From Escherichia coli (GTDB taxonomy: Bacteria; Pseudomonadota; Gammaproteobacteria; Enterobacterales; Enterobacteriaceae): DNA of 64,000 nucleotides. A model generated the notes under the pieces. That model searched no databases and had not been told where the DNA came from. It saw nothing but the letters and a program-made list of their open reading frames with translations. The stretch lies in assembly GCF_013122565.1 (NCBI RefSeq), contig NZ_CP053258.1; one strand, 5' to 3'. This document shows positions 54,100-64,000 of this stretch, piece after piece. The stretch's first letter is position 1. Every line of letters begins with the position of its first letter. Position numbers and translations under genes: made by a program.

Positions 54100-54977
54100 A
54101 ATTCCCTCTCTGTGGTGTTCTGCGGCTGTTCCCATAGCTGCCAGACGCCTTCAACGCCTGCAGGCAGCCAGAGTTTACGACCCAGTTCGATCCACGGGCA
54201 TGGCTGATGAAAATCAGATCCTTGTGATGCCCATAAATGATGCTGACGCGCAAGGGTCGCCAGCTGGGTACGTTCATTGGGCGATTGCTGGCACTGCGCG
54301 ACTTCCATCGCGTCGCCGTGGTGTTCGGCAAAATGCGCAACCAATCTTTTCAGCCATTTAGCACTAAGATTGTACCGCCCAGGATGAGCTAGCACCGCCT
54401 TACCGCCAGAATGATGAATGACATCAATAGCTTGTTCTATTGTACACCACTGTGGCGGAACGTATCCGGTTTTCCCGCGCGCCAGATACTTTTTAAAGAC
54501 ATCCGCCATTGAACTGGCTTTGCCGCACTCCACAAGGAAACGCGCAAAATGACCGCGCGTCACCGCGCCGCCCTGAGCCAGTCGTTGCGCGCCTTCCAGC
54601 GCCCCAGATATTTGCGCTTTTTCAAGTCTTTCGGCAATGAGCTGCGCCCGCTGATTGCGCCGTTCTGTTTGCTGCGCGAGGAACTCACACATTAGCGGAT
54701 GAGTAATATCAATATTCAGCCCGACAATATGAATTTCATGATTTTCCCAGACCGTGGAAATTTCCACGCCGGGAATAAGATTCAGCGCCAGTCCCGAACG
54801 TGAAATTTCCTCTCTTGCTGGCGCGATTGCAGCTGTGGTGTCATGGTCGGTGATCGCCAGGGTGCCGACGCGCATCTCGACTGCACGGTGCACCAATGCT
54901 TCTGGCGTCAGGCAGCCATCGGAAGCTGTGGTATGGCTGTGCAGGTCGTAAATCACTGCGTAATTCGTGTCGCTCAA
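54096..54977 (-). CDS. trpH: PHP-domain 5'-3' exoribonuclease (RNase AM)
   Basis: 293-aa ORF; PHP motif YDLHSHTTASDG. Confidence 0.9.
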   Translation of the reverse strand: MSDTNYAVIYDLHSHTTASDGCLTPEALVHRAVEMRVGTLAITDHDTTAAIAPAREEISRSGLALNLIPGVEISTVWENHEIHIVGLNIDITHPLMCEFLAQQTERRNQRAQLIAERLEKAQISGALEGAQRLAQGGAVTRGHFARFLVECGKASSMADVFKKYLARGKTGYVPPQWCTIEQAIDVIHHSGGKAVLAHPGRYNLSAKWLKRLVAHFAEHHGDAMEVAQCQQSPNERTQLATLARQHHLWASQGSDFHQPCPWIELGRKLWLPAGVEGVWQLWEQPQNTTEREL

Positions 54978-55052
54978 GGCGCACTCCCGTTCTGGATAAT
55001 GTTTTTTGCGCCGACATCATAACGGTTCTGGCAAATATTCTGAAATGAGCTG

Positions 55053-55089
55053 TTGACAATTAATCATCGAACTAGTTAACTAGTACGCA
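55053..55089 (+). promoter_or_regulatory. trp promoter with TrpR operator
   Basis: TTGACA -35, TTAACT -10, operator palindrome CGAACTAGTTAACTAGTACG overlapping -10; leader ATG about +27. Confidence 0.9.
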
Positions 55090-55114
55090 AGTTCACGTAA
55101 AAAGGGTATCGACA

Positions 55115-55159
55115 ATGAAAGCAATTTTCGTACTGAAAGGTTGGTGGCGCACTTCCTGA
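55115..55159 (+). CDS. trpL: trp operon leader peptide
   Basis: ATGAAAGCAATTTTCGTACTGAAAGGTTGGTGGCGCACTTCCTGA = [14 protein letters not shown] with tandem Trp codons. Confidence 0.95.
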
Positions 55160-55200
55160 AACGGGCAGTGTATTCACCTTGCGTAAAGCAATCAGATACC

Positions 55201-55229
55201 CAGCCCGCCTAATGAGCGGGCTTTTTTTT
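55201..55229 (+). terminator. trp attenuator (3:4 hairpin plus U-tract)
   Basis: CAGCCCGCCTAATGAGCGGGCTTTTTTTT about 20 nt upstream of trpE. Confidence 0.95.
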
Positions 55230-55250
55230 GAACAAAATTAGAGAATAACA

Positions 55251-56813
55251 ATGCAAACACAAAAACCGACTCTCGAACTGCTAACCTGCGAAGGCGCTTA
55301 TCGCGACAATCCCACCGCGCTTTTTCACCAGTTGTGTGGGGATCGTCCGGCAACGCTGCTGCTGGAATCCGCAGATATCGACAGCAAAGATGATTTAAAA
55401 AGCCTGCTGCTGGTAGACAGTGCGCTGCGCATCACAGCTTTAGGTGACACTGTCACAATCCAGGCGCTTTCCGGCAATGGTGAAGCCCTGCTGACACTAC
55501 TGGATAACGCCCTGCCTGCGGGTGTGGAAAATGAACAATCACCAAACTGCCGTGTGCTGCGCTTCCCCCCTGTCAGTCCACTGCTGGATGAAGACGCTCG
55601 CTTATGCTCCCTTTCGGTTTTTGACGCTTTCCGCTTATTGCAGAATCTGTTGAATGTACCGAAGGAAGAACGAGAAGCAATGTTCTTCGGCGGCCTGTTC
55701 TCTTATGACCTTGTGGCGGGGTTTGAAGATTTACCGCAACTGTCAGCGGAAAATAACTGCCCTGATTTCTGTTTTTATCTCGCTGAAACGCTGATGGTGA
55801 TTGACCATCAGAAAAAAAGCACCCGCATTCAGGCCAGTCTGTTTGCTCCGAATGAAGAAGAAAAACAACGTCTCACTGCTCGCCTGAACGATCTTCGCCA
55901 GCAACTGACCGAAACCGCGCCACCGCTGCCGGTGGTTTCCGTGCCGCATATGCGTTGTGAATGTAACCAGAGCGATGAAGAGTTCGGTGGCGTAGTGCGT
56001 TTGTTGCAAAAAGCGATTCGCGCCGGAGAAATTTTCCAGGTGGTGCCATCTCGCCGTTTCTCTCTGCCCTGTCCGTCACCGCTGGCGGCCTATTACGTGC
56101 TGAAAAAGAGTAATCCCAGCCCGTACATGTTTTTTATGCAGGATAATGATTTCACCCTGTTTGGCGCGTCGCCGGAAAGTTCGCTCAAGTATGATGCCAC
56201 CAGCCGCCAGATTGAGATCTACCCGATTGCCGGAACACGTCCACGCGGTCGTCGTGCCGATGGTTCACTGGACAGAGACCTCGACAGCCGCATCGAACTG
56301 GAAATGCGTACCGATCATAAAGAGCTTTCTGAACATCTGATGCTGGTGGATCTCGCCCGTAATGATCTGGCACGCATTTGCACCCCCGGCAGCCGCTACG
56401 TCGCCGATCTTACCAAAGTTGACCGTTACTCTTACGTGATGCACCTGGTCTCCCGCGTGGTCGGTGAGCTGCGCCACGATCTCGACGCCCTGCACGCTTA
56501 CCGCGCCTGTATGAATATGGGGACGTTAAGCGGTGCGCCGAAAGTACGCGCTATGCAGTTAATTGCCGAGGCGGAAGGTCGTTGCCGCGGCAGCTACGGC
56601 GGCGCGGTAGGTTATTTCACCGCGCATGGCGATCTCGACACCTGCATTGTGATCCGCTCGGCGCTGGTGGAAAACGGTATCGCCACCGTGCAAGCCGGTG
56701 CTGGCGTAGTCCTTGATTCTGTTCCGCAGTCGGAAGCCGACGAAACCCGTAATAAAGCCCGCGCTGTACTGCGCGCTATTGCCACCGCGCATCATGCACA
56801 GGAGACGTTCTGA
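55251..56813 (+). CDS. trpE: anthranilate synthase component I
   Basis: 520-aa [31 protein letters not shown]. Confidence 0.97.
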   Translation: MQTQKPTLELLTCEGAYRDNPTALFHQLCGDRPATLLLESADIDSKDDLKSLLLVDSALRITALGDTVTIQALSGNGEALLTLLDNALPAGVENEQSPNCRVLRFPPVSPLLDEDARLCSLSVFDAFRLLQNLLNVPKEEREAMFFGGLFSYDLVAGFEDLPQLSAENNCPDFCFYLAETLMVIDHQKKSTRIQASLFAPNEEEKQRLTARLNDLRQQLTETAPPLPVVSVPHMRCECNQSDEEFGGVVRLLQKAIRAGEIFQVVPSRRFSLPCPSPLAAYYVLKKSNPSPYMFFMQDNDFTLFGASPESSLKYDATSRQIEIYPIAGTRPRGRRADGSLDRDLDSRIELEMRTDHKELSEHLMLVDLARNDLARICTPGSRYVADLTKVDRYSYVMHLVSRVVGELRHDLDALHAYRACMNMGTLSGAPKVRAMQLIAEAEGRCRGSYGGAVGYFTAHGDLDTCIVIRSALVENGIATVQAGAGVVLDSVPQSEADETRNKARAVLRAIATAHHAQETF

Positions 56814-58408
56814 TGGCTGACATTCTGCTGCTCGATAATATCGACTCTTTTACTTACAACCTGGCAGATCAGTTGCGCAGCAATGGTCATAACGTGGTGA
56901 TTTACCGCAACCATATTCCGGCGCAGACCTTAATTGAACGCCTGGCGACGATGAGCAATCCGGTGCTGATGCTTTCTCCTGGCCCCGGTGTGCCAAGCGA
57001 AGCCGGTTGTATGCCGGAACTTCTCACCCGCCTGCGCGGCAAGCTGCCAATTATTGGTATTTGCCTCGGACATCAGGCGATTGTCGAAGCTTACGGGGGC
57101 TATGTCGGTCAGGCGGGCGAAATTCTACACGGTAAAGCCTCCAGCATTGAACACGACGGTCAGGCGATGTTTGCCGGATTAACAAACCCATTGCCGGTGG
57201 CGCGTTATCACTCGCTGGTTGGCAGTAATATTCCGGCCGGTTTAACCATCAACGCCCATTTTAATGGCATGGTGATGGCGGTGCGTCATGATGCGGATCG
57301 CGTTTGCGGACTCCAGTTCCACCCGGAATCCATTCTTACTACCCAGGGCGCTCGCCTGCTGGAACAAACGCTGGCCTGGGCGCAGCAGAAACTTGAGCCA
57401 ACCAACACGCTGCAACCGATTCTGGAAAAACTGTATCAGGCACAGACGCTTAGCCAACAAGAAAGCCACCAGCTGTTTTCAGCGGTGGTGCGTGGTGAAC
57501 TGAAGCCGGAACAACTGGCGGCGGCGCTGGTGAGCATGAAAATTCGCGGCGAGCACCCGAACGAGATCGCCGGGGCAGCAACCGCACTACTGGAAAATGC
57601 CGCGCCGTTCCCGCGCCCGGATTATCTGTTTGCTGATATCGTCGGGACTGGCGGTGACGGCAGCAACAGCATCAATATTTCCACCGCCAGTGCGTTTGTC
57701 GCCGCGGCCTGTGGGCTGAAAGTGGCGAAACACGGCAACCGTAGCGTCTCCAGTAAATCTGGCTCGTCGGATCTGCTGGCGGCGTTCGGTATTAATCTTG
57801 ATATGAACGCCGATAAATCGCGCCAGGCGCTGGATGAGTTAGGTGTATGTTTCCTCTTTGCACCGAAATATCACACCGGATTTCGCCATGCAATGCCGGT
57901 TCGCCAGCAACTAAAAACCCGCACCCTGTTCAATGTGCTGGGGCCATTGATTAACCCGGCGCATCCGCCGCTGGCGTTAATTGGTGTTTATAGTCCGGAA
58001 CTGGTGCTGCCGATTGCCGAAACCTTGCGCGTGCTGGGGTATCAACGCGCGGCGGTGGTGCACAGCGGCGGGATGGATGAAGTTTCATTACACGCGCCGA
58101 CAATCGTTGCCGAGCTGCATGACGGCGAAATTAAGAGCTATCAATTGACCGCTGAAGATTTTGGCCTGACACCCTACCACCAGGAGCAACTGGCAGGCGG
58201 AACACCGGAAGAAAACCGTGACATTTTAACACGTTTGTTACAAGGTAAAGGCGACGCCGCCCATGAAGCAGCCGTCGCTGCGAACGTCGCCATGTTAATG
58301 CGCCTGCATGGCCATGAAGATCTGCAAGCCAATGCGCAAACCGTTCTTGAGGTACTGCGCAGTGGTTCCGCTTACGACAGAGTCACCGCACTGGCGGCAC
58401 GAGGGTAA
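56813..58408 (+). CDS. trpD: anthranilate synthase component II / anthranilate phosphoribosyltransferase
   Basis: 531-aa ORF; TGATG coupling with trpE. Confidence 0.97.
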   Translation: MADILLLDNIDSFTYNLADQLRSNGHNVVIYRNHIPAQTLIERLATMSNPVLMLSPGPGVPSEAGCMPELLTRLRGKLPIIGICLGHQAIVEAYGGYVGQAGEILHGKASSIEHDGQAMFAGLTNPLPVARYHSLVGSNIPAGLTINAHFNGMVMAVRHDADRVCGLQFHPESILTTQGARLLEQTLAWAQQKLEPTNTLQPILEKLYQAQTLSQQESHQLFSAVVRGELKPEQLAAALVSMKIRGEHPNEIAGAATALLENAAPFPRPDYLFADIVGTGGDGSNSINISTASAFVAAACGLKVAKHGNRSVSSKSGSSDLLAAFGINLDMNADKSRQALDELGVCFLFAPKYHTGFRHAMPVRQQLKTRTLFNVLGPLINPAHPPLALIGVYSPELVLPIAETLRVLGYQRAAVVHSGGMDEVSLHAPTIVAELHDGEIKSYQLTAEDFGLTPYHQEQLAGGTPEENRDILTRLLQGKGDAAHEAAVAANVAMLMRLHGHEDLQANAQTVLEVLRSGSAYDRVTALAARG

Positions 58409-59770
58409 ATGATGCAAACCGTTTTAGCGAAAATCGTCGCAGACAAGGCGATTTGGGTAGAAGCCCGCAAACAGCAGCAACCGCTGGCCAGTTTTCAGAA
58501 TGAGGTTCAGCCGAGCACGCGACATTTTTATGATGCGCTACAGGGTGCGCGCACGACGTTTATTCTGGAGTGCAAGAAAGCGTCGCCGTCAAAAGGCGTG
58601 ATCCGTGATGATTTCGATCCGGCACGCATTGCTACCGTCTACAGAAATTACGCTTCGGCAATTTCGGTGCTGACTGATGAGAAATATTTTCAGGGGAGCT
58701 TTGATTTCCTCCCCATCGTCAGTCAAATCGCCCCACAGCCGATTTTATGTAAAGACTTCATTATCGACCCTTACCAGATCTATCTGGCGCGCTATTACCA
58801 GGCCGATGCCTGCTTATTAATGCTTTCAGTACTGGATGACGAACAATATCGCCAGCTTGCCGCCGTCGCCCACCGTCTGGAGATGGGTGTGCTGACCGAA
58901 GTCAGTAATGAAGAGGAACTGGAGCGCGCCATTGCATTGGGGGCAAAGGTCGTTGGCATCAACAACCGCGATCTGCGTGATTTGTCGATTGATCTCAACC
59001 GTACCCGCGAGCTTGCGCCGAAACTGGGGCACAACGTGACGGTAATCAGCGAATCCGGCATCAATACTTACGCTCAGGTGCGCGAGTTAAGCCACTTCGC
59101 TAACGGTTTTCTGATTGGTTCGGCGTTGATGGCCCATGACGATTTGCACGCCGCCGTGCGCCGGGTGTTGCTGGGTGAGAATAAAGTATGTGGCCTGACG
59201 CGTGGGCAAGATGCTAAAGCAGCTTATGACGCGGGCGCGATTTACGGTGGGTTGATTTTTGTTGCGACATCACCGCGTTGCGTCAACGTTGAACAGGCGC
59301 AGGAAGTGATGGCTGCGGCACCGTTGCATTATGTTGGCGTGTTCCGCAATCACGATATTGCCGATGTGGTGGACAAAGCTAAGGTGTTATCGCTGGCGGC
59401 AGTGCAACTGCATGGTAATGAAGAACAGCTGTATATCGATACGCTGCGTGAAGCTCTGCCAGCACACGTTGCCATCTGGAAAGCATTAAGCGTCGGTGAA
59501 ACCCTGCCCGCCCGCGAGCTTCAGCACGTTGATAAATATGTTTTAGACAACGGCCAGGGTGGAAGCGGGCAACGTTTCGACTGGTCACTGTTAAACGGTC
59601 AATCGCTTGGCAACGTTCTGCTGGCGGGGGGATTAGGCGCAGATAACTGCGTGGAAGCGGCACAAACCGGCTGCGCCGGACTTGATTTTAATTCTGCTGT
59701 AGAGTCGCAACCGGGCATCAAAGACGCACGTCTTTTGGCCTCGGTTTTCCAGACGCTGCGCGCATATTAA
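58409..59770 (+). CDS. trpC: indole-3-glycerol-phosphate synthase / phosphoribosylanthranilate isomerase
   Basis: 453-aa [24 protein letters not shown]; start could be the second ATG at 58412. Confidence 0.97.
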   Translation: MMQTVLAKIVADKAIWVEARKQQQPLASFQNEVQPSTRHFYDALQGARTTFILECKKASPSKGVIRDDFDPARIATVYRNYASAISVLTDEKYFQGSFDFLPIVSQIAPQPILCKDFIIDPYQIYLARYYQADACLLMLSVLDDEQYRQLAAVAHRLEMGVLTEVSNEEELERAIALGAKVVGINNRDLRDLSIDLNRTRELAPKLGHNVTVISESGINTYAQVRELSHFANGFLIGSALMAHDDLHAAVRRVLLGENKVCGLTRGQDAKAAYDAGAIYGGLIFVATSPRCVNVEQAQEVMAAAPLHYVGVFRNHDIADVVDKAKVLSLAAVQLHGNEEQLYIDTLREALPAHVAIWKALSVGETLPARELQHVDKYVLDNGQGGSGQRFDWSLLNGQSLGNVLLAGGLGADNCVEAAQTGCAGLDFNSAVESQPGIKDARLLASVFQTLRAY

Positions 59771-59781
59771 GGAAAGGAACA

Positions 59782-60975
59782 ATGACAACATTACTTAACC
59801 CCTATTTTGGTGAGTTTGGCGGCATGTACGTGCCACAAATCCTGATGCCTGCTCTGCGCCAGCTGGAAGAAGCTTTTGTCAGTGCGCAAAAAGATCCTGA
59901 ATTTCAGGCTCAGTTCAACGACCTGCTGAAAAACTATGCCGGGCGTCCAACCGCGCTGACCAAATGCCAGAACATTACGGCTGGCACGAACACCACGCTG
60001 TATCTGAAGCGCGAAGATTTGCTGCACGGCGGCGCGCATAAAACTAACCAGGTGCTGGGCCAGGCTTTACTGGCGAAGCGAATGGGTAAAACTGAAATTA
60101 TTGCCGAAACCGGAGCCGGTCAGCATGGCGTGGCGTCGGCCCTTGCCAGCGCCCTGCTCGGCCTGAAATGCCGTATTTATATGGGGGCCAAAGACGTTGA
60201 ACGCCAGTCGCCTAACGTTTTTCGTATGCGTTTAATGGGTGCGGAAGTGATCCCGGTGCATAGCGGTTCCGCGACGCTGAAAGATGCCTGTAACGAGGCG
60301 CTGCGCGACTGGTCCGGCAGTTATGAAACCGCGCACTATATGCTGGGCACCGCAGCTGGCCCACATCCTTATCCGACCATTGTCCGTGAGTTTCAGCGGA
60401 TGATTGGCGAAGAAACCAAAGCACAGATTCTGGAAAGAGAAGGTCGCCTGCCGGATGCCGTTATCGCCTGTGTTGGCGGCGGTTCGAATGCCATCGGCAT
60501 GTTTGCAGATTTCATCAACGAAACCAACGTCGGCCTGATTGGTGTGGAGCCTGGCGGTCACGGTATTGAAACTGGCGAGCACGGCGCACCGCTAAAACAT
60601 GGTCGCGTGGGCATCTATTTCGGTATGAAAGCGCCGATGATGCAAACCGAAGACGGGCAGATTGAAGAATCTTACTCCATCTCCGCCGGACTGGATTTCC
60701 CGTCCGTCGGCCCGCAACACGCGTATCTTAACAGCACTGGACGCGCTGATTATGTATCAATTACCGATGATGAAGCACTGGACGCCTTCAAAACGCTGTG
60801 CCTGCATGAAGGGATTATCCCGGCGCTGGAATCCTCCCACGCGCTGGCCCATGCGCTGAAAATGATGCGCGAAAACCCGGAAAAAGAGCAGCTACTGGTG
60901 GTTAACCTTTCCGGTCGCGGCGATAAAGACATCTTCACCGTTCACGATATTTTGAAAGCACGAGGGGAAATCTGA
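59782..60975 (+). CDS. trpB: tryptophan synthase beta chain
   Basis: 397-aa [24 protein letters not shown]. Confidence 0.97.
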   Translation: MTTLLNPYFGEFGGMYVPQILMPALRQLEEAFVSAQKDPEFQAQFNDLLKNYAGRPTALTKCQNITAGTNTTLYLKREDLLHGGAHKTNQVLGQALLAKRMGKTEIIAETGAGQHGVASALASALLGLKCRIYMGAKDVERQSPNVFRMRLMGAEVIPVHSGSATLKDACNEALRDWSGSYETAHYMLGTAAGPHPYPTIVREFQRMIGEETKAQILEREGRLPDAVIACVGGGSNAIGMFADFINETNVGLIGVEPGGHGIETGEHGAPLKHGRVGIYFGMKAPMMQTEDGQIEESYSISAGLDFPSVGPQHAYLNSTGRADYVSITDDEALDAFKTLCLHEGIIPALESSHALAHALKMMRENPEKEQLLVVNLSGRGDKDIFTVHDILKARGEI

Positions 60976-61781
60976 TGGAACGCTACGAATCTCTGTTTGC
61001 CCAGTTGAAGGAGCGCAAAGAAGGCGCATTCGTTCCTTTCGTCACGCTCGGTGATCCGGGCATTGAGCAGTCGCTGAAAATTATCGATGCGCTAATTGAA
61101 GCCGGTGCTGACGCGCTTGAGTTAGGCATCCCCTTCTCCGACCCACTGGCAGATGGCCCGACGATTCAAAACGCCACACTGCGTGCCTTTGCGGCAGGTG
61201 TGACCCCGGCTCAGTGCTTTGAGATGCTGGCACTCATTCGCCAGAAACACCCTACCATTCCCATTGGCCTGCTGATGTATGCCAACCTGGTGTTTAACAA
61301 AGGCATTGATGAGTTTTATGCCGCGTGCGAGAAAGTCGGCGTCGATTCGGTGCTGGTTGCCGATGTGCCAGTAGAAGAATCCGCGCCTTTCCGTCAGGCC
61401 GCGTTGCGTCATAATGTCGCACCTATCTTCATCTGCCCGCCAAATGCCGATGACGACCTGCTGCGCCAGATAGCCTCTTATGGTCGTGGTTACACCTATT
61501 TATTGTCGCGTGCGGGCGTGACCGGCGCAGAAAACCGCGCCGCGTTACCCCTCAATCATCTGGTTGCGAAGCTGAAAGAGTACAACGCTGCACCTCCATT
61601 GCAGGGATTTGGTATTTCCGCCCCGGATCAGGTAAAAGCAGCGATTGACGCAGGAGCTGCGGGCGCGATTTCTGGTTCAGCCATTGTTAAAATCATCGAG
61701 CAACATATTAATGAGCCAGAGAAAATGCTGGCGGCACTGAAAGTTTTTGTACAACCGATGAAAGCAGCGACGCGCAGTTAA
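60975..61781 (+). CDS. trpA: tryptophan synthase alpha chain
   Basis: 268-aa [31 protein letters not shown]; TGATG coupling with trpB. Confidence 0.97.
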   Translation: MERYESLFAQLKERKEGAFVPFVTLGDPGIEQSLKIIDALIEAGADALELGIPFSDPLADGPTIQNATLRAFAAGVTPAQCFEMLALIRQKHPTIPIGLLMYANLVFNKGIDEFYAACEKVGVDSVLVADVPVEESAPFRQAALRHNVAPIFICPPNADDDLLRQIASYGRGYTYLLSRAGVTGAENRAALPLNHLVAKLKEYNAAPPLQGFGISAPDQVKAAIDAGAAGAISGSAIVKIIEQHINEPEKMLAALKVFVQPMKAATRS

Positions 61782-61786
61782 TCCCC

Positions 61787-61815
61787 CAGCCGCCAGTTCC
61801 GCTGGCGGCATTTTA
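61787..61815 (+). terminator. trp operon terminator
   Basis: CAGCCGCCAG-ttcc-GCTGGCGGC followed by ATTTT. Confidence 0.85.
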
Positions 61816-62161
61816 ACTTTCTTTAACGAAGCCGGAAAAATCCTAAATTCATTTATTATTTATTTTTTTACCGTTTCGCTTACCCCTGTCGAACGTCAAC
61901 TTACGTCATTTTTCCGCCCAACAGTAATATAATCAAACAAATTAGTCCCGCAACATAACACCAGTAAAATCAATAATTTTCTCTAAGTCACTTATTCTTC
62001 AGACAATTGTTAATATATCAAGAAGGTTCCTCATAATATATTTTCCCACTTTCTTCTCGTTACGCTTAATTTGACTAATTTTCATTAGCGACTAATTTTA
62101 ATGAGTGTCGACACACAACACTCATATTAATGAAACAATGCAACGCAACGGGAGAAATAAC

Positions 62162-62341
62162 ATGACCGAACATCGTGGTGGTTCAGGAAATTTCGCCGAA
62201 GACCGTGAGAAGGCATCCGACGCAGGCCGTAAAGGCGGTCAGCATAGCGGCGGTAATTTTAAAAATGATCCGCAACGCGCATCTGAAGCGGGTAAAAAAG
62301 GCGGTCAACAAAGCGGTGGTAATAAATCAGGCAAGTCCTGA
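62162..62341 (+). CDS. yciG: small glycine-rich stress protein with internal tandem repeat
   Basis: Track ORF trimmed to MTEHRGGSGNF (59 aa); GGAGA SD upstream; two copies of an about 20-aa unit. Confidence 0.85.
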   Translation: MTEHRGGSGNFAEDREKASDAGRKGGQHSGGNFKNDPQRASEAGKKGGQQSGGNKSGKS

Positions 62342-62426
62342 TTCACCGTTAATTATTAATATCAGCTGATAAAGATAATTGCATCTGCGGGCCGTATGGC
62401 TCGCAGTGATTTCATTGGAGAAAAAT

Positions 62427-62927
62427 ATGAATATGAAGACCATTGAAGATGTATTTATTCACCTGCTTTCAGATACCTACAGCGCAGAAAAACAATTAAC
62501 CCGTGCACTGGCAAAACTCGCTAGAGCAACATCAAACGAAAAATTAAGTCAGGCTTTTCATGCGCACCTCGAGGAAACTCATGGACAGATTGAACGAATT
62601 GATCAAGTTGTGGAATCTGAATCGAACCTGAAAATTAAGCGCATGAAATGTGTGGCAATGGAAGGTCTCATTGAAGAAGCTAATGAGGTCATCGAAAGCA
62701 CCGAGAAAAACGAAGTGCGTGATGCCGCACTGATTGCCGCTGCACAGAAAGTCGAGCACTATGAGATCGCCAGTTACGGGACCTTAGCGACGCTGGCTGA
62801 ACAATTAGGTTACCGTAAAGCAGCTAAACTTCTGAAAGAAACTCTTGAAGAAGAAAAGGCTACCGACATCAAACTGACTGATCTGGCCCTTAATAACGTA
62901 AATAAGAAAGCCGAAAATAAAGCCTGA
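62427..62927 (+). CDS. yciF: ferritin-like DUF892 stress protein
   Basis: Track ORF trimmed to MNMKTIEDVFIHLL (166 aa). Confidence 0.9.
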   Translation: MNMKTIEDVFIHLLSDTYSAEKQLTRALAKLARATSNEKLSQAFHAHLEETHGQIERIDQVVESESNLKIKRMKCVAMEGLIEEANEVIESTEKNEVRDAALIAAAQKVEHYEIASYGTLATLAEQLGYRKAAKLLKETLEEEKATDIKLTDLALNNVNKKAENKA

Positions 62928-62972
62928 AATATGAACTTTAACTTTTAGTCATTTTATAAAGAGGACATTTTC

Positions 62973-63479
62973 ATGAATCGTATTGAACATTATCATGACT
63001 GGTTACGTGACGCCCACGCAATGGAAAAGCAAGCCGAATCAATGCTTGAATCCATGGCCAGCCGTATAGATAATTATCCTGAACTACGCGCTCGTATCGA
63101 ACAACATCTTAGTGAAACCAAAAACCAGATTGTTCAACTGGAAACTATTCTTGATCGTAATGACATTTCACGTTCAGTCATTAAAGATTCCATGAGTAAA
63201 ATGGCTGCGCTTGGGCAGTCAATCGGTGGTATCTTCCCTTCTGATGAAATAGTTAAAGGCTCTATTAGCGGATATGTCTTCGAGCAATTTGAAATCGCCT
63301 GTTACACCTCACTATTAGCAGCAGCAAAAAATGCCGGTGATACAGCTTCAATTCCAACCATCGAAGCGATTTTAAATGAGGAAAAGCAAATGGCCGACTG
63401 GCTGATTCAGCATATTCCGCAAACAACTGAGAAATTTTTAATTCGCTCTGAAACTGAAGGCGTAGAAGCGAAGAAATAA
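62973..63479 (+). CDS. yciE: ferritin-like DUF892 stress protein (YciF paralogue)
   Basis: 168-aa ORF MNRIEHYHDWLRDAHAMEKQAE. Confidence 0.9.
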   Translation: MNRIEHYHDWLRDAHAMEKQAESMLESMASRIDNYPELRARIEQHLSETKNQIVQLETILDRNDISRSVIKDSMSKMAALGQSIGGIFPSDEIVKGSISGYVFEQFEIACYTSLLAAAKNAGDTASIPTIEAILNEEKQMADWLIQHIPQTTEKFLIRSETEGVEAKK

Positions 63480-63503
63480 TACCCTTTATGCCATGTCCTT
63501 ATT

Positions 63504-63531
63504 GACCCCGTATATTACGGGGTCGTTTTTG
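63504..63531. terminator. bidirectional terminator between yciE and ompW
   Basis: GACCCCG-tatatta-CGGGGTC followed by GTTTTT. Confidence 0.85.
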
Positions 63532-63538
63532 TGCGGAA

Positions 63539-64000
63539 TTAAAAACGATATCCTGCTGAGAACATAAACACCCACGGATCGAGGCGTACGCTATCATGTT
63601 GCTGTGCACCGCCCAGCTTATAATTGGCGGTGGTATCGATATCCATGTACCAGACTGACATGTTAACCAACCAGTCACGGTTAATCAGATAATCAACCCC
63701 CACCTGCCCGGCAGCTCCCCAGGAATCTTTCAGACTGAGATCGGAAAGCCCCGCCTCTTTGCCATGATCGTTAAATCCATTATCAAAGAAGGTGGTGTAG
63801 TTAATACCTGCCCCAACGTAAGGACGGAATTTGCTGCTGGCATCACCAAAATACCACTGCGCCATCAGTGTTGGCGGCAGATGATGAACGGTTGCAATAT
63901 CGCCGGTCGCCCGGGTGCCGATTTTATGGCGGAACGGCGTCGCTGCCAGTAATTCCACACCAATGTTGTCGGTCGCCATATAAGTAAACGTCAAGCCCAG
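63539..64000 (-). CDS. ompW: outer membrane protein W, C-terminal part (gene runs off window end)
   Basis: ORF ends in the beta-barrel terminal motif SAGYRF; N-terminus and signal peptide lie beyond position 64000. Confidence 0.9.
   Translation of the reverse strand: MGLTFTYMATDNIGVELLAATPFRHKIGTRATGDIATVHHLPPTLMAQWYFGDASSKFRPYVGAGINYTTFFDNGFNDHGKEAGLSDLSLKDSWGAAGQVGVDYLINRDWLVNMSVWYMDIDTTANYKLGGAQQHDSVRLDPWVFMFSAGYRF

Overview
This window reads as a contiguous, gene-dense stretch of an Escherichia coli-type chromosome (the trp-topA-acnA-fabI-sap-puu-psp-ycj neighbourhood), in the opposite orientation to the usual K-12 map. In order it holds: the ycjU(5' part)-ycjT-S-R-Q-P-O-N-M sugar-catabolism cluster, pspEDCBA with divergent pspF, the puuE-B-C-R-D / puuA-P putrescine divergon, ymjA, sapABCDF, ycjD, fabI, yciW, rnb, pdeR, yciZ, yciT, osmB, yciH, pyrF, lapBA, pgpB, ribA, acnA, yciX/ymiA, cysB, topA, yciN, sohB, yciK, btuR, rluB, yciO, trpH, the complete trpLEDCBA operon with promoter/operator and attenuator, yciGFE, and the 3' part of ompW. 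Gene calls rest on recognising the translated ORFs from memory plus motifs read directly; I could not run any search. Where the six-frame track begins at an upstream or non-ATG codon I moved the start to the internal Met that matches the known protein. Coordinates taken from the ORF track are exact; coordinates I counted by hand for hairpins, promoters and repeats may be off by 1-2 nt. I saw no rRNA, tRNA, CRISPR array, IS element, integrase or phage gene. Honest conclusion: I do not find a convincing undescribed multi-gene system here; this is core chromosome. The items most worth a second look are: a 17-nt exact repeat sitting just upstream of the ribosome-binding sites of ycjM and ycjU; a 31-nt perfect palindrome upstream of sapA; an 18-bp perfect stem-loop at the sapF/ycjD junction; the DUF559 gene ycjD followed by a degenerate copy of its own 3' end and GC-rich palindromic repeats; an unannotated 55-codon ORF in the puuA-puuP spacer; and the small-protein genes yciZ, yciX and ymiA.
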